Positions 11,107-25,763 of a DNA stretch of 64,000 nucleotides are shown in pieces (the stretch's first letter is position 1; every line of letters begins with the position of its first letter). Position numbers and translations under genes: made by a program. The notes under the pieces are model-generated. The model was not told the origin of the DNA. It did not search any database and saw nothing but the letters and a program-made list of their open reading frames with translations. Source of the stretch: Trichinella spiralis (lineage: Eukaryota); contig NW_003526944.1 in assembly GCF_000181795.1 (NCBI RefSeq), forward strand, positions 1,503,639 to 1,567,638. Direction: 5' to 3'.

Positions 11107-13139
11107 TTAAGGTCTCAGATCAATCAAAGATCCATCAATCGTGTTGTCCATGCAAACGTGATCGCAAGTCTTAAAACAAACAAACTTATTATTTATTTAT
11201 TTATTTATTACGAAGAAAAAAAATAATTTCCACCAAAATTACCTGAAAGACGGGCGGATTTTGTGAATGTGGATGAAAGCCAGTTCTTTTACAATTGGCG
11301 ATCACTTTCAGTCCGTATGGAGATGTCAGCATGAAAACACCAATTCTTAAAAAGATCAAACAACGAACATGACGATAAATCTATCATTCTGAAGGCTTTT
11401 ACTCGTTGTACTTCGGAGCGCAAACAATAGCAACCGCTTCTGGAAACAACAACTGATAAGAGCAATGGGTGTGCAAATCAACACTGGAAAGAAATGCACT
11501 TTGCGTTGGATGGGTCTAAAAATTAGATAATTTTTTTAAAAAAATCTCATATTCCAAAGAAAAAAATATGAAAATAATAGACAAACATGAATCCATCCAA
11601 GCGTAATCAAACCCAGATCATCTTGTATTGTGAACATTTCTTCTTCGTGATGCGCTACGCACGAATTCGACGTACCAGACTGTTTGGGTACAATAACGTG
11701 CGTAACAACAAAGCTGCTCTGTATCTGAAAATGCAAATCACACATTACACAACAATGCACAAAGTGCAAAAATCGCGAACAAAACTTCAGCTCTTCGGTA
11801 AAATTTAAAACAAACCTGCTAATAAATAATTTTTAAAAAAGTAAAAGTAGTCTCATACTTTTTTCAATTAAAAATAATAAACAGAATTACCAATTTCCCA
11901 GATAAAATGCCGCAAGTTTCAATTTCCTGAGCAGTGTTCAAAGCAGCAGCATCCAAAAATCGAAAAACCAAATTCTTCGGTATGATCACCGGCTGAAGAC
12001 CACTGTATTTGGATACTGGTGTGGAAGACGGTGGAGGGGCTACAACCGGTAGAGGGGGTCGAACTGGCGTCGACGTTGTTGTCGTTGTCTTCGTTTTTAA
12101 TTTAGGTTTCGTTGAACGATCAAAAGTTGGTTTTCTGATGATAATAAATAATTATGGGAATTTTTACAGATTCAACACAAATTATCAACAAGTGAATCAA
12201 AAAAAAAGAAAAAAAAACAAGAAAAATCAGCCATATAACTTACGGTGGTCTACTACTGCTTTCTGCTGCTTGTAGATTTTCCACAACTGTAGGCGGTATA
12301 CCGACCGTTTTTGCCCGATTATTTGCATTCTCCAATTCAATAAGATCATCAACGTTGAACGTCGAATACGTATCATTGGTTTCGTCATTTTCCCGTGATA
12401 TGTCCTGATGACTGACAGACGATGTGCTTGGAGCAACAACAGCAGGAGGTGTGACACGATCATGTTGACTGTAGTAATTGGAAACGCGCCCGTGCGAAAC
12501 TGCAGAATTAGTCGAAAGGGCGTGGTTGTAATCCGAAGTCTCGGACGTACTTGTAACTTTATGCTCACGTTGCTGCTCTTTAGCATTGTTCACTTCGTTC
12601 GCCTGCTTCTGCAACGCATTCATGTATTGCAATTCGCATTGCTTGGTAAGTTCAACTTTAAGTCGTTCGGCCGCATCAAACGCATCTCGCACATTTTTCA
12701 TTAACTAAACGATAATTTAATTTAAAAAAAAATTGAAATTACAAACGTGAAACAAAATAAAATACCTTTTTATATTCATCACGTTCTTCTCTACAAAACT
12801 TGCTGTATTCTGGATGTTTGGGAAAATGATCGACAAGTAACCTAAATATTGAAAACTAAAACAATCAAATAAAAACCGACCGACATAATATGATTATATG
12901 AAAAAGTAAAAATCAAATTTTTCAAATGCAACATGAAAATATTATAATTACACAATGAATCTCGTATACGAACGATAAGCCAATTCGACATTGTTGTCCA
13001 GCTCGTAGACGCCAGCAATGAAGTACAGTTCACCGGCCGAACGGGCGTATTTTTTCATCGCAATATTCGGATAGAATTGAATATTACTCGCTTCAGAAGT
13101 GATTTCTTTCACCAACATTTTCGGCTTTATCGGTTCCAT
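11107..13139 (-). CDS. STAMBP: STAM-binding protein/AMSH, JAMM metallo-deubiquitinase
   Basis: N-terminal MIT-like region; SH3-binding-type motif [47 protein letters not shown] (intact JAMM motif); GFHPH. Confidence 0.95.
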
Positions 13140-13441
13140 TTTTTACACAACAACAACAATAACAACAAACTAAACAAACATTAAAAACATATGCTCTAGC
13201 AATTTAAAATTAAGAAAAAAAAATCCATCAAAGGATTTCGACATTTCGATGAGAACACAAAATCAACCAAGTCAGAAGCAAGCAAGCAACCAAATATCAG
13301 TCATTTACTTATACTGTGACATAAACGTATATATTAGAACTTTTCTCTTCACACATGATAGTATATAGAATGATAAATAAATAAATAAATAAATAAATAA
13401 AACTAAATTCAGTTTACGGAACGAAATGATTAAAATTTTCT

Positions 13442-16400
13442 TCACAGCAAACATTTGTACGTATCAATAACGGAAGTGATTGTCCGCTCGGCGCCTGCGT
13501 CAGTAACATTCTGAAAATGAAATTATTCAAACCAATCATCAACCGCAACAGTTTGTACACAAATGCTGAACTTACGGCTTCTTTCATGAAATCTAAAAAT
13601 TTTTCCAGAGTTTCAATTACAGGCTTGAAAGTACCACCTGGCATTCCATGCTGAATACCACTAACTATACTCTGAAACAGAAATAAACGTATCACAGAAA
13701 AAGAAATCCCTCAGCTAGGATATTGAAAATTAAAATCTTCTTTCACCTCATCTTCTTGCATCAACAGTCCCAAAATAAGTCCCACGTGCGCAGCCACGGT
13801 ACACTCTTCCATGTGCTTACTCGCAATAACCAATGCTAAAAATACAATTTAATCATAATCAAAAAAGAAAACTTTTTATTTTATTTAAAAAAAGATTTCA
13901 CAAAATATATATGTGACAAATTCTAATGGAAAATTTTACGATTGATTGTCGATGAAAACTCACCAGCTTTAACGGTTTCTTGAAAACTCTTCTGCTGCAT
14001 GTCAAGAGATTTAGCTGTTGTTTGACTGCTGCCTTCAATTTCGTTATTCATCTCGTCGTCAGCAGACTGAGCATTTGCTATTCTCTGAGAGAAAAGCTAA
14101 ATAGAAGCAAAGATTAATAGATGAACAAAAAAAATAAATAATCATAAAATAAAAGAATAAAAATACTCTTGTCAATGCTTGAACAGTCGGAAGCGAGATC
14201 ACTTTGTCTCCATCTAACAACTGCACCTCACTGTGAATAACAACTCTTCGACCAGACTGATGATGCTCAATATAGTTGATTACAAAACTCATGAACAAAA
14301 TCTGCATGTCGTAGCGCTTCGATTCAGGCAAGTAACGGGGAATGTAGAATGTTACACATTCAACGCATCTTCTTATAAAACCTCCGCTGGCGCTTAATTT
14401 GGAGCAACAAATTTCTACAAACGAACAACAAATAACGGTTTAACTACTACTACTTACCACGAGATACAATTCATAGTAGAATTAGAAAAATAAAAAAAAA
14501 CAAGTAAAATTACCATTATTGTTGGACAAATTGCAAAGCAAACGGAAAAGTTCCGAAAAAACAATCAAAAGCAATGAAGACACCTGAGCTGATGGAGAAT
14601 TTTTATCCTCAACATTCGGCATACTTTTCTCTTTGGCAATGATGCCATTCAAGCAGAAATCAAAAAGTCTTAAAGCAAAATCAAAATACATAAGCAACAT
14701 ATAACACGAACATCCATCAGTCAAATGATTAATTACGTCAAAAGACTGTCAAGCATGCCCAGGCTATCGTTAGTAACCAAATAGCCTTTGTTCTGAGAAG
14801 CTTTCGTAGTGACGTTTTCCAGAATTCGCAAAGCACGTTGCAAGCAAAGCAACGGATAAATGCATGCTTCGTCACCTTTTGCTTTGGAAATTTTCTTCGT
14901 CTCATCAGCAACTGAATCATTATCAATCAGTACTATACAGACAGATAGATCTACTACGAAAATCTACCTCTGAGCGCTGCAATCTCTACTCCGCCATTCA
15001 AACGCATCTCCTGTTTAAAAGCATCCGAATCACTTCGACTGCTAATGAAAACCAAACTTTCCAAAGCCAAAAACGAAGTCTACAAAACATATATATATAT
15101 ATAAATCAAATGAATAACTAAAAACAAGAAACAATTACTTTTCTGAACAGTCAAAATAAGACAGAAAACTTACGTTCAAATTCTTTTCAGTTAAATCGAA
15201 CATGATCAACACTTTTCTGATGTTGCTGCTTTCCACTTCGGTACGCCAATCGCAGAGCACTTTCCAAATTTTTTCTTTGCATTTCAAAAACTCTTCATTC
15301 GTTACATCCACCTTCATCGGCTTAACTAAATTAACCAACAAACCGAGGCTGCATTCGTCAACAACCAAGCAAAGTCTGTCTCTTGACAGAAGATAGAACA
15401 GACAAGCGGTAGCCAAAGCCAAACACTGAAAAAACAAACACATCAATACTGTATAGTCCTATTCCGTATAAAATTTTCATCATACGCATACATCGTTTCC
15501 GTGGGCATCTTTAAGTGCATAAAGCACTTGCTTTGCATAGCCATGCGCTTTCAAAAAATTCCGAAACGCTGCGCTGACACATTTTTGTAATAGAGTGATC
15601 AAACTAAAAATCTCAATCTTAGAATAGAAATAAAAATGTTCAATAAAATCAAAAACAAATTTTTACATTATAACTAAAAATAATTTGAATTAAAAATAAT
15701 TAAATCAAATGCAGAAAAAACCGCAATATACTATTCAAAAAATAAAACTTCAGAAAATATTTCCAATTTAAATAAAAACAAAAATATTAAAAAGAAACCA
15801 CTGATAAATTAAATAATCGCTCAAAAAACAAAATATTACATTAATCGAGAAAAACAACGAAATAAGATGGTAACAAACATTTTAAAACCTGAAAATCGCA
15901 TTTGAGATGGACAACTGTATTATTTCGTTGTTTACGCGAAATGACGTAAACTTCAACTTCATATTGGATAAAGTGCGAAAAAAAATATCCGTTGAATGAA
16001 GATAAATGAATCTCATATTTGAAAAAATTGCAAAAAAGGAAACATTTAAATAAAATGCAATCATTTTTATTTTCACTATTTTAACTTTACGCAACAAACA
16101 GGATGAAGAACAATTTTTTAAGCTTCACTGAAAATGAATAAAACTAAAAATTATCAAACAAAGCAAAACAAAACAAAACGTGTACGCCTGAAAAAATATT
16201 TACTCTCAAACAAACTGTAAATTATGTTCAACTAAGTTCTTCTTATAAATAAATAAAATATAAATATTAACATTATCAGTGTACCTGATGCTAGAATTGA
16301 AATACGCGCAATTTCATAATAATATACGTGTGCATTCGATGAAAAAACTAAATTTAGCCTACCTCAGACAACGCATGTTCGATGTATTTTCTTCGGATAA

Positions 16401-17529
16401 TGCACCCAGAAGATAAACAACGTCATCGTTGTACTCCTGAGCTTCACCACTTTCATGACACTCATGAGCTTGTTTAACGTTCCGCACTACCGTGTAAAGC
16501 TTTAAAATGAAACCAGCATCGTGAAAACTGCATATTCCAATCGAACATTGCAAAATTGCAAACTACTTACCGGCTTTTCTTTACGAATGCATTGCGTTTT
16601 GTTTTGGGAAATTTCTTCACCACAGACAACCGATTTGACCGTCTTGCGCTGACGAATGCCATGAAATTTCGAAACACTGACCGATGGTGTAGCTATGTCA
16701 TGTTTCGCTTTTGCTGCATTAACCTCCTTCTTTGTAAATGTTGTTTTATTCGATGACTTGGCATTTGGAGATGACTGCATAAAATTAAAACAAAAAAAAT
16801 AAAATAAAATAAAATCAATCAAATTGCACATAATGATTACAGAATCTGTATTCCACTTGTGCTGGTAAACTGATTTCCAAGTTTTCTATAAAAAACATCA
16901 CTAAACTTAGTATATTGCTCATGTGCGAGTACGGTTCAACGTTAAAACTGTCGTCTTACTGATGTCAAAAATTTCGTAGGATATTCTACATCAGTTTCAT
17001 CCTCCGTCAAACCAACTTTGTCTTCTTCTTCTTCAAAACTGTACACTGATGATGGATCAACCTGTCGATCTTCTTTCAGCTGCGTAGCTTTACGTTTAGG
17101 CGGAGAAACAGAAGATGCAAATTGTTCGTGCTTGTCAGAGAAAAATCGTTTCGAACAATTAGTTGCAGAAACCGGAGAACTGAGACCAGCATCCACTGAC
17201 GGCGACCCCGCTTCCTCATTGAGACAAATATTGGCAATACCGCGCGAAAACGATTTCTGCGAATCCTGACTGTCCGGAAGTGCTTCTGCTTCAGGAAAAT
17301 CAGCATGAGACGTTGCAGGTGCTTCTGAAACCAAATTTTTGGATCTATTTCCAAACTTCGCTTTACCAGCTACAACCGAAGAAGAAGCTGTGGCACAAGA
17401 TTCGTGGGACTTAATGTCTTCCAAAACTGCGTCGAACAAAGCACTTGCAGTGTCTGCTTTTGTTTCATGAGTTACTCTTGAACAACCATTCAATCCTTTC
17501 ACTTTTGCATAAGTTCTGCAGCTTTTCAT
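13442..17529 (-). CDS. WAPL: Wings apart-like cohesin release factor
   Basis: VVRNVKQAHECHESGEAQEYNDDVVYLL, RCLSLITLLQKC...FRNFLKAHG, LATACLFYLLSRDRL, KHMEECTVAAHVGLILG; low-complexity N-terminus containing YSF. Confidence 0.92.
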
Positions 17530-19220
17530 TATAAACCACTATCTGAGCAAAATAAAAATGCAAGTGCTCTGGATACTACAAATATATCGTCAGGTTCAAG
17601 CTACATGTCATACTGTAGTTTGTAAACTTCAAATGTATTACTTTTTCTTTCCTAACTGAATCTAATTATAAATTATCATTAATTATAACAAATTAATAAA
17701 TTTAATTTAAAAACTTAACATTTTACGATCAATGTTATCGATTTTACATTTAGTATTTTAAAATCTTTGGTTACTGTAAGCTGTGACAGGTAAATACCGT
17801 AAGTGCTGTTTTCAAAGTTAGTACAAAAGAAAATTGCTTACAATTAAAAACTAATTGATATCTTTGTTAATTTTAATAAAATTTCTTTACATTTTTAATA
17901 ATAATAAGTATTTAAATTACTGACAAATAGAAATGTTTTGATACTGTATATAACTTTAATACGTGAAGCAAGAATTGATTTGGATTGATTAAAATTTCTT
18001 TTCTCTGAATAAATAATAAAATTTTACCTTATTTACTCGGATAATACTTGTTTTGAACAGTTTGGGTGACAACTTTTCTAACGTAACTAGTGTGGTTTGC
18101 ATACATTTGAACGTGATTGTTCAGTTTTGTATGTAACTTCAAATACATACCGAAGGATGTAGTGTTATTGTTTTGGCAGTGTTATGAAATTAAATTGGAT
18201 TGTTTTGCCTAGATTTTGCTGAAATAAGTCTTATTTTTAAAAACAACATCATCTTTTTGTATAGTGAATGTCGATTTCGTAACTGAACTGTTTTGATTCA
18301 AATGGAAAAATGGAAGCAATACTGCTCTCTCAGTTCAAAGAATGAATTGATCGATTCTATTTACACAAACATTTCTTGAATATATTCATTTTTGTGCAAG
18401 TTTCATGATCATTTTTCTAAAAATAACAGCATTTTTGAATTTTCCACAATGTTCACAACTTTAACATCTTCCTCTTTTGACACTTTGTGCTTTAGTAATT
18501 TCAAGCCGTCTAAACCGGGTAAAATCATACTGTAATATAAACACAATGAAACATAAAAATTAATTTTCACTCAGCAGATAAAAAAAATACAGTTGAATAA
18601 TGATGTTCACATGCCGAGCTTACTTCAAACATGCAATGCAATTTTGCATGATGACATTCATGCGGAAGTCAAACTCATCACTAGCCGATTATTGAAAATT
18701 AAAATAGCAATCAACATTATCCAGTAAATAGGTATTCTAAGATGAAAAAAAAATAACAGCAACATATTCATTTTCTCGTCTGCAGTCTAACAACAACAGC
18801 AAGCTAATTCGCTGTTTTCACAATGCAAACTGTGTTAGAGGTAACAAAATATGAAAAAAAAACATTTTTAATGAAAATGAACAAAGAGCGAAAAGCTAAA
18901 CATTCTGAAAAGACAAAGCGACGTAGGAAAAAAAATTGACCAGATAAAATGCATTCACTTTTGTAACCACAGACTGGAAAAAGTCACAGGTTAGACTATT
19001 CTTCAAGCTGGAAATGAATAGTCAAAACTGACGACATCTGCAGCAAGAGAGTTGAATGCATAAAAACAGATAATGATTGGAATTTTCAAATTTAAGCATC
19101 AATTTACCGACACCTTGTAGCTGACTAGCAGGCGTTTAGAAAAATGAAGAAAATCAATAAACATTTATAAATTACTGACAACACTGTCCCCGTGCGCATA
19201 ACAACCGGCTGTTTTGTTTC

Positions 19221-22200
19221 TCACTGATTTGAATCATTGCTGTTTTCAGATTGCGGATATTCGGATGCAATGTTAGTTGCCGATTGGACAGCGTCTCGAC
19301 TACTACAACAAGCTGAATCTTCATCTTCCCGTTTATGAGACAACGAATCAATGTACTCCTGCTGGGATAACGCTAACACGTGATTCAAAAGTTCTTCTTC
19401 AGCATTCCAACCTGTCAAATTGTAATCTGAAATAGAACAACAACAACAACAACAACAATAATAATAATAATAATAATTCATAACGTGCACCCACCCACAC
19501 TATTCGTTTAAATATACTGATTTTAAACAACTTTTTCATACCGTTCAACAAAAACTGGGATGTAGATGGTTGACTAGTCAAGTCTTGAGCAGTGTCACCG
19601 CAAGCTGGTAACTTACGGGACACGTTATCTTCAGTGGCACTGCTGTCCTTGGACGAATTGGCACCTTTGACATCCTAAACATGCGCACGTTGCGACATTA
19701 TATTTCCTGAACATGGAGACAACAGACTGGCAACAATAAATTTCCACAGACCTCAGCTACATTGCCATGGCGTTTTCTTTCATCGGCTAACCATTGCAAA
19801 TAGGATTCACAAGCAATCTTTAATTCACAATTAAAAAAATTAACACAAACAAAATCTTTTTTTTTAAAAAAGCAAATAAGCAAAAAATTCTACATGCAAA
19901 ATAAATTCAGTGCAATTGTAAAACTTCCTCACCTGCTCTTGCAATTGTTCGTCAGTAGCTTCCCAATCAGTGGCATCCATCTTGTCTTTCAGCATTGCCT
20001 CTTCAATCACATCCCTTTCACTGATCAACCTTGCATCATCCATCAAATTTCGTTCTGCCAAACCAGGAAAATACTGAGGCAATCCAAGGCCAACACCAAT
20101 GGTCGCCTTGAACGGATCCACAACCGAATTATAATGTATCGAACGGTGATAGCTTAAGCGTATCGGCGGATCGTTGGTATTTTTGTTTGACAAAAAAGTA
20201 TTGATTGGTTCTAAAATGTTTATGTGTAAATAAAATGCATAAAACTACCATGATTTCTAAATAGAAAGTATCCGCAAAAAAATTTCAAAAATCTAAATGA
20301 TTTGATTTTCAACAATGGAAAATCGCAAAATAAGATGCATAAATCGCATAAACAAATCAACCATATATTTGTGAACTGTTTTTTTTCTTCACAGTGGAAT
20401 TTTAATTGGATCAGTGATGAGGACACAAAACACTAACCAATATATATATATGTATATATGTATGCTATGCGTGAAGTATGTAATACTACAGTGAATACAA
20501 ACAAGTGAAAAGTTTCAGCATATTCGAGCAAATATAAATATATTACACACGTCTATGAAAAAAATAGCATAAAAGTAAAGAATAAATATTCTACGAAATT
20601 ACTGTAATCAATTGAACTCACCGATATTATACTGGTAAACTTCAATAGGCCGATTGAACAGCTCGGCCATAGCTTGCATTTCAATGTGATTCCCATGCGA
20701 ATAACTGAGACTTTTCCGAGCTATATAATCAGAAAAGCTTTCCGTAACAAACTGGGAAAAGTAATCTGAATTTTTCTTCTAAAACAATTTCAAATCCTAA
20801 ATTGAAAATCAACAAAACTGACCAAACCATATAATTGATGCAAAGTTTTCGAACAGTATCGTGCATTTCTTGATCTCCGTAAACCTGATCCGCTAAAATT
20901 GGAAAAGAAAAAACAGACATATAAATGCATACGTAAAAAAAAGAAACAGAAAAATTATATTCCAATTACAAAGAAGAATAACAACAGTCAGTCATCCGCA
21001 TCACCCCCGTAATAAAGAATAACACAGTCGAAAGTATGGATCAATAAAATCCACACACCACAAATGGGCGCATGATATGTAATCCAATAACAGCTGTTAA
21101 ATTGAAGAACAAAATCATATTGTTTACTTTATTGACTAGATTGTGATTCAATGATAATTAATTATGAAGCACACGCAACTGCAAGATATTCATTCATTGA
21201 AGAGAATCATGAAAAGCAGCAGAAAAATCGCATGCTCGTGAACAAATAAATGAATAGAACACATTCGCTGCGACATAGTTGCGGCAAGTAAACAACAACA
21301 ATTATCTTATTCGAGAAACTGGAACGCCACAATTTTTGATACGGATCAATAACGCATTCAAATGCGACAAATGCTATTGCATAAGTAAACAATTTCATCA
21401 ACTGCAAAGCATCGAACTAAACTAACTTACTAACTAACTAACTAACTAAGTAAATTCTATTCTCATAATTTTTGCTCATCTTAAGAAAATTAAAAAATAA
21501 CATTTTTAAAAACAACACTCAAGTTTGTCAGTCAGGATACTGTAAATCATATGACACTACTAGGTCACATAGACATAGTATTGCATCATTTTCCAAATAG
21601 CCATCCCCTTATTCAAGCAAAATAATTTAAACCTTAGCAATTTGCAAGCGGCATTAGAAATTATCTAAATAGTAGTGTTCAATCGAAAAGACATCATATT
21701 TATAATTAAAACATAAAACAACACGTTCGAAGGTTTTCAATCAGAAATGCACTTTCAAGACTTATCAAGTAAACAGAAAAAAAGTACATATGTGTATACA
21801 TACTGTCACTTAAAAGTATCAGAATTCGTCAAGATAAAAAGAACAACAACTGATGTCTGATATAACTAAGCAAAATGTAATATTTATATTTCATCTGAAA
21901 AATAATGTTTCACCCTAATTTTCCTAAGAAATAACTGAACAATAAAAACAAAAGGCTAAGTAGACTAATTTTCCATGCATTCTGTAGAATTACTTATTTT
22001 AAAAAGTTCAGCCGACATGCCGTGTGGTAGTAAGTACAGGTAGGCATTTTTAAGCTCAGATTTGACGAACGAAAAATACAATTACTGAACTAAAGAAAAA
22101 ATACACGCATACTCACCAACAGCTCGAAATAAGCAGGCACCGTCAGCTTTCATTTTCTTGATAATAAATCCTTTGGCCGTCTTCAACGCTTCTTCAAAAT

Positions 22201-23092
22201 TTCTGTCCAACTGAAAATAACAAAAATTCGTTTTTGCAGAGTTAAAGCAAAAAAAAACACACTACTAAGTTCAAGTAAATGCAACAACGTTTCGGTGAAT
22301 GGTTCAACATTACAAAGTGTACACAGGCGCACACATGTATTGACCAAAATAGTAAAAACAAATACCACAGAATAATTAACCACAAAACAATTTTTAAAAA
22401 ACATGAAATAATATGGTATTTAAAAAAAGAAAACAACTTCAAAAGATTTTTAAAAAGCGACATGGCTAAAAAATCAGTCTTTATCTAGTAGATAGGAGGA
22501 AGAGATGAGAGGGAGATTGATTGGAAAAAACCGTTCAAAATGAACAGAAATAACTGTGCAACACGTTCAACTTGTGCGTCATTGCGGAAAAGCATCATTC
22601 ATATATATGAAATGTAACAGTAGAAAGAAATAAGAATGAACATCATCAGAAAAAAATGAATGTACAAATAAATTCAACAAAAAATACCTGGTCTTCATCC
22701 ACACCGGTGTTCAATTCCTCGTCGTATTCGTCTTCACTGTTGTAGCCCTGCTTGACCGGAGCCGTGGAAGTTGAAGGCAAGGTGTGACTAAGATTTTTTT
22801 GCTTTGTACGATGTCCGCGCTCCTGTCGACCGGGGTTGACAGTGGCCAAGCGCTTCCGGCTTCCGCTTCCGAAAAAGACCGACTCTCCTTCTGGCAAGTC
22901 ATAAGCTGAATGGCTAACCGGACGACGTGGAACCGTCGGTGAGTCGACGGTCGTGTGTTGGGCGTTTCTGAGACCGATCAGAGCCGCATCTTCGACGTTC
23001 AATGAGCCAGAATTGGAACTGGACGAAGAATGGTCATGACTCTGAGAGCGCGAATCTTTGCTTCCGCCCTTCTTCTTTGGTAGAATTGTCAT
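19221..23092 (-). CDS. OTUD5: OTU domain deubiquitinase OTUD5/DUBA
   Basis: Starts [78 protein letters not shown]-terminal UIM-like LALSQQEY. Confidence 0.96.
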
Positions 23093-24599
23093 CACATTCG
23101 ACAATCAAAACGCCAGCTCTGCACAGCACCAGGAAGAAAACAGGACAGCCGACACAAAGCACGGCACGCACCGACTAAGCGATCAGCAAACTCACCCAGA
23201 CTCGTGACATACACTAGCCTTTTAATCACATACAGTATACCATAATAAAAGACTACGGTAGCACATTTTTATGACATTTTAAAATTTTAAAGAGCAAACG
23301 AGACATCATAATTTATAAACTGTCGAATAGATTGACTTAAATTTAATAAACTTAAAACTTCTGTTTTATCTAACTTGATTATAAAATCAATTTACCAGAA
23401 ATTTTATTTAACAAATAATCAGGTACAATTGTAAAAAATTTTAATTTAATTTTTAAATGAATTATAATAATCAAAATTTTGAATAGTTGAAATTATATCT
23501 TTATTATAAATTATCAAGTTGTGTAAAAAAATCATAAAAAATTGGAAACTCGTTCAGACGAATATTTTTTTTTCAAATAATCATCAATCTGGAGCAGCGT
23601 GAAAAAGTCTGCACTATTAAAGCACTATGAATGCGACAATACTTTAAAAGAACTAGTTTGGATTTTTTTTCCCATTCAACCCTCATTATACTCACGTTAC
23701 TTAATAAATAAAGTGTACATATAACGTTCAAATTTACTTCTATTTCTTGTACTTATTTTCGTTACTTCTCACCCACATGGCCGCGTAATTTATAAACAAT
23801 AACAAGCAAATACGGTGCAACTTTTTTTTTATTTTTCTTTAAGCAAGTGCTAGGCATCCAGAGCATAATTTGCGCAGAAATACAAGTTTACACAAAAATA
23901 CAGGTTGCACAATGCATATATGCCAAATGAATAAACAATGTGTACTGCTAATGATAATAGTGATATAAATGTTTGGAAGGTACAAAATTAAATAATCATG
24001 CATGAAGACATATAATTTGCCAAGAAATCCACAATCGCAAGTCGAAAATAGAAATAATTTCATATATTAATTCGAAAAAGATTATTATATATGTAGGTAT
24101 ATATTAAGATGAACGCCGACGCTTGCGGTTGCAAGCGTTAAAAATTTGCTTATGACGTCAATATGCATGCAAAGTCACGTGTATGCCTAATAAATACAGA
24201 CAAGCACAACACGCACTTACCCGCAATCTCTTGGTTTCGTAAGAAAAGTAAAACAAAAAATCAGTAACATATATAGAAAGATAAAAATTAATCAAATTGA
24301 AAAATTAAGTAATAACTATAATGAAGTAGGCTAGATTTTGAAAGTAAAACAGTAAAACAATTAAGTATCATGCAGTGCATACAAAGGAATAAAATGATCA
24401 TGCACAGAGAGTTATATGTTATTTTCAACTATATATGTATAAAACAAAAGCAGAACAATAAATAATAGATCATATCTAATATATCATGCATGCGAACGGG
24501 AAAGGTGAGAAGTAAAATTAAATTTTACACTACAACTACCACTAAAACTGATAATTATAATTAATTGTACTAATAATTCTTATTGCCAACTGGCGAGAA

Positions 24600-25710
24600 C
24601 TATGAAGGCTTGCGAATCAGCTGAGTCGGGTAAAGCAGCACTGAGGAAGAACTAGTATTCATTCGGTCAGATAATCTTCTTTGCAAAGAATCTAAAAAAT
24701 AATTGTGCTGCGTCATTTCCGACCTTTGTCCTTCACATTGTGGGGATACTGATGAAAAATGCAACTGTTGCTGTTGTTGTTGCTGTTGCTGTTGTTGTTG
24801 CTGCTGCTGCTGCTGCTGTTGCTGGATTATTGAATGATGTACAGCCATTGACGGTTGGCGATTTTGAAAGTGGTAATTAAATGGCACTGATGAATGCAAA
24901 TGGTAATGATGATGATAATGTATCGGTGCCGATGATTGTAGGTATTGATAATACATTGAAAATGAGTGGAAATTTTGCTGCTGAACTGGAGCCTGTTGAT
25001 ATTGCATTGTCAGTGATGGGTAATATAAGGGTTGAAATGGCGACTCCACTCTTTGCTGCTGTATCGATACTAATGATTTTACATTCTGCTGTCGTACAGG
25101 TACTAATGTTTGGAAATTTTGTTGCTGCACAGATGGAAATGGATACAGACGTGTGAACGAGTCCTGTATAAGTGACGGTCCCTGCAATGCATGTAACTGA
25201 TTGTGAGGACAAGGACCATCGACATGATAGACGTTGCAGAAGCCGTCCGACTGGACATTGCACATGTCCAGTCGGAGTTCCATAGTTGTACTTGGTGGCA
25301 ACCTCTCGCTCAATGCTTGCAGCTTTTCTGACGGAGACGCCGATGATACTGCTGACGCTGCCGTTGTCGTATTTCCGGTTGCGACGGTCAAAGCTGCGGG
25401 GCTAGATGATCCAGATGTTTGTCTGTCAGCACCACCACTGCTGTACTCCTGCTGCCGCTGCTGCTGCTGCTGTACTGACAACCTAGCATTGACCACTGTA
25501 CTGGGAACAAGCCGTGGCACATTTGCATTCGATTTGTCCACGCCCAGACGCTCAGAAACCCGTTGTTGCATCGACGCCAACGTTGCATGACGACATTCCG
25601 GGTTTGTGCAGGCACTTGCACTGGGATAGACAACATTCGCACGACTGGTGACTACTATTCGAGGAATTTGGTTGGTAGTTGTTCCAGTTATTTGGTTGGA
25701 AGAACTGCTA

Positions 25711-25763
<53 letters not shown>

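Noticed and set aside
16285..16290. 6-nt microexon (AG|CATCAG|GT) in the long WAPL intron
   Set aside because: The WAPL sequence RCLSLITLLQKC already matches the family spacing without it; likely a chance match unless junction reads show otherwise.
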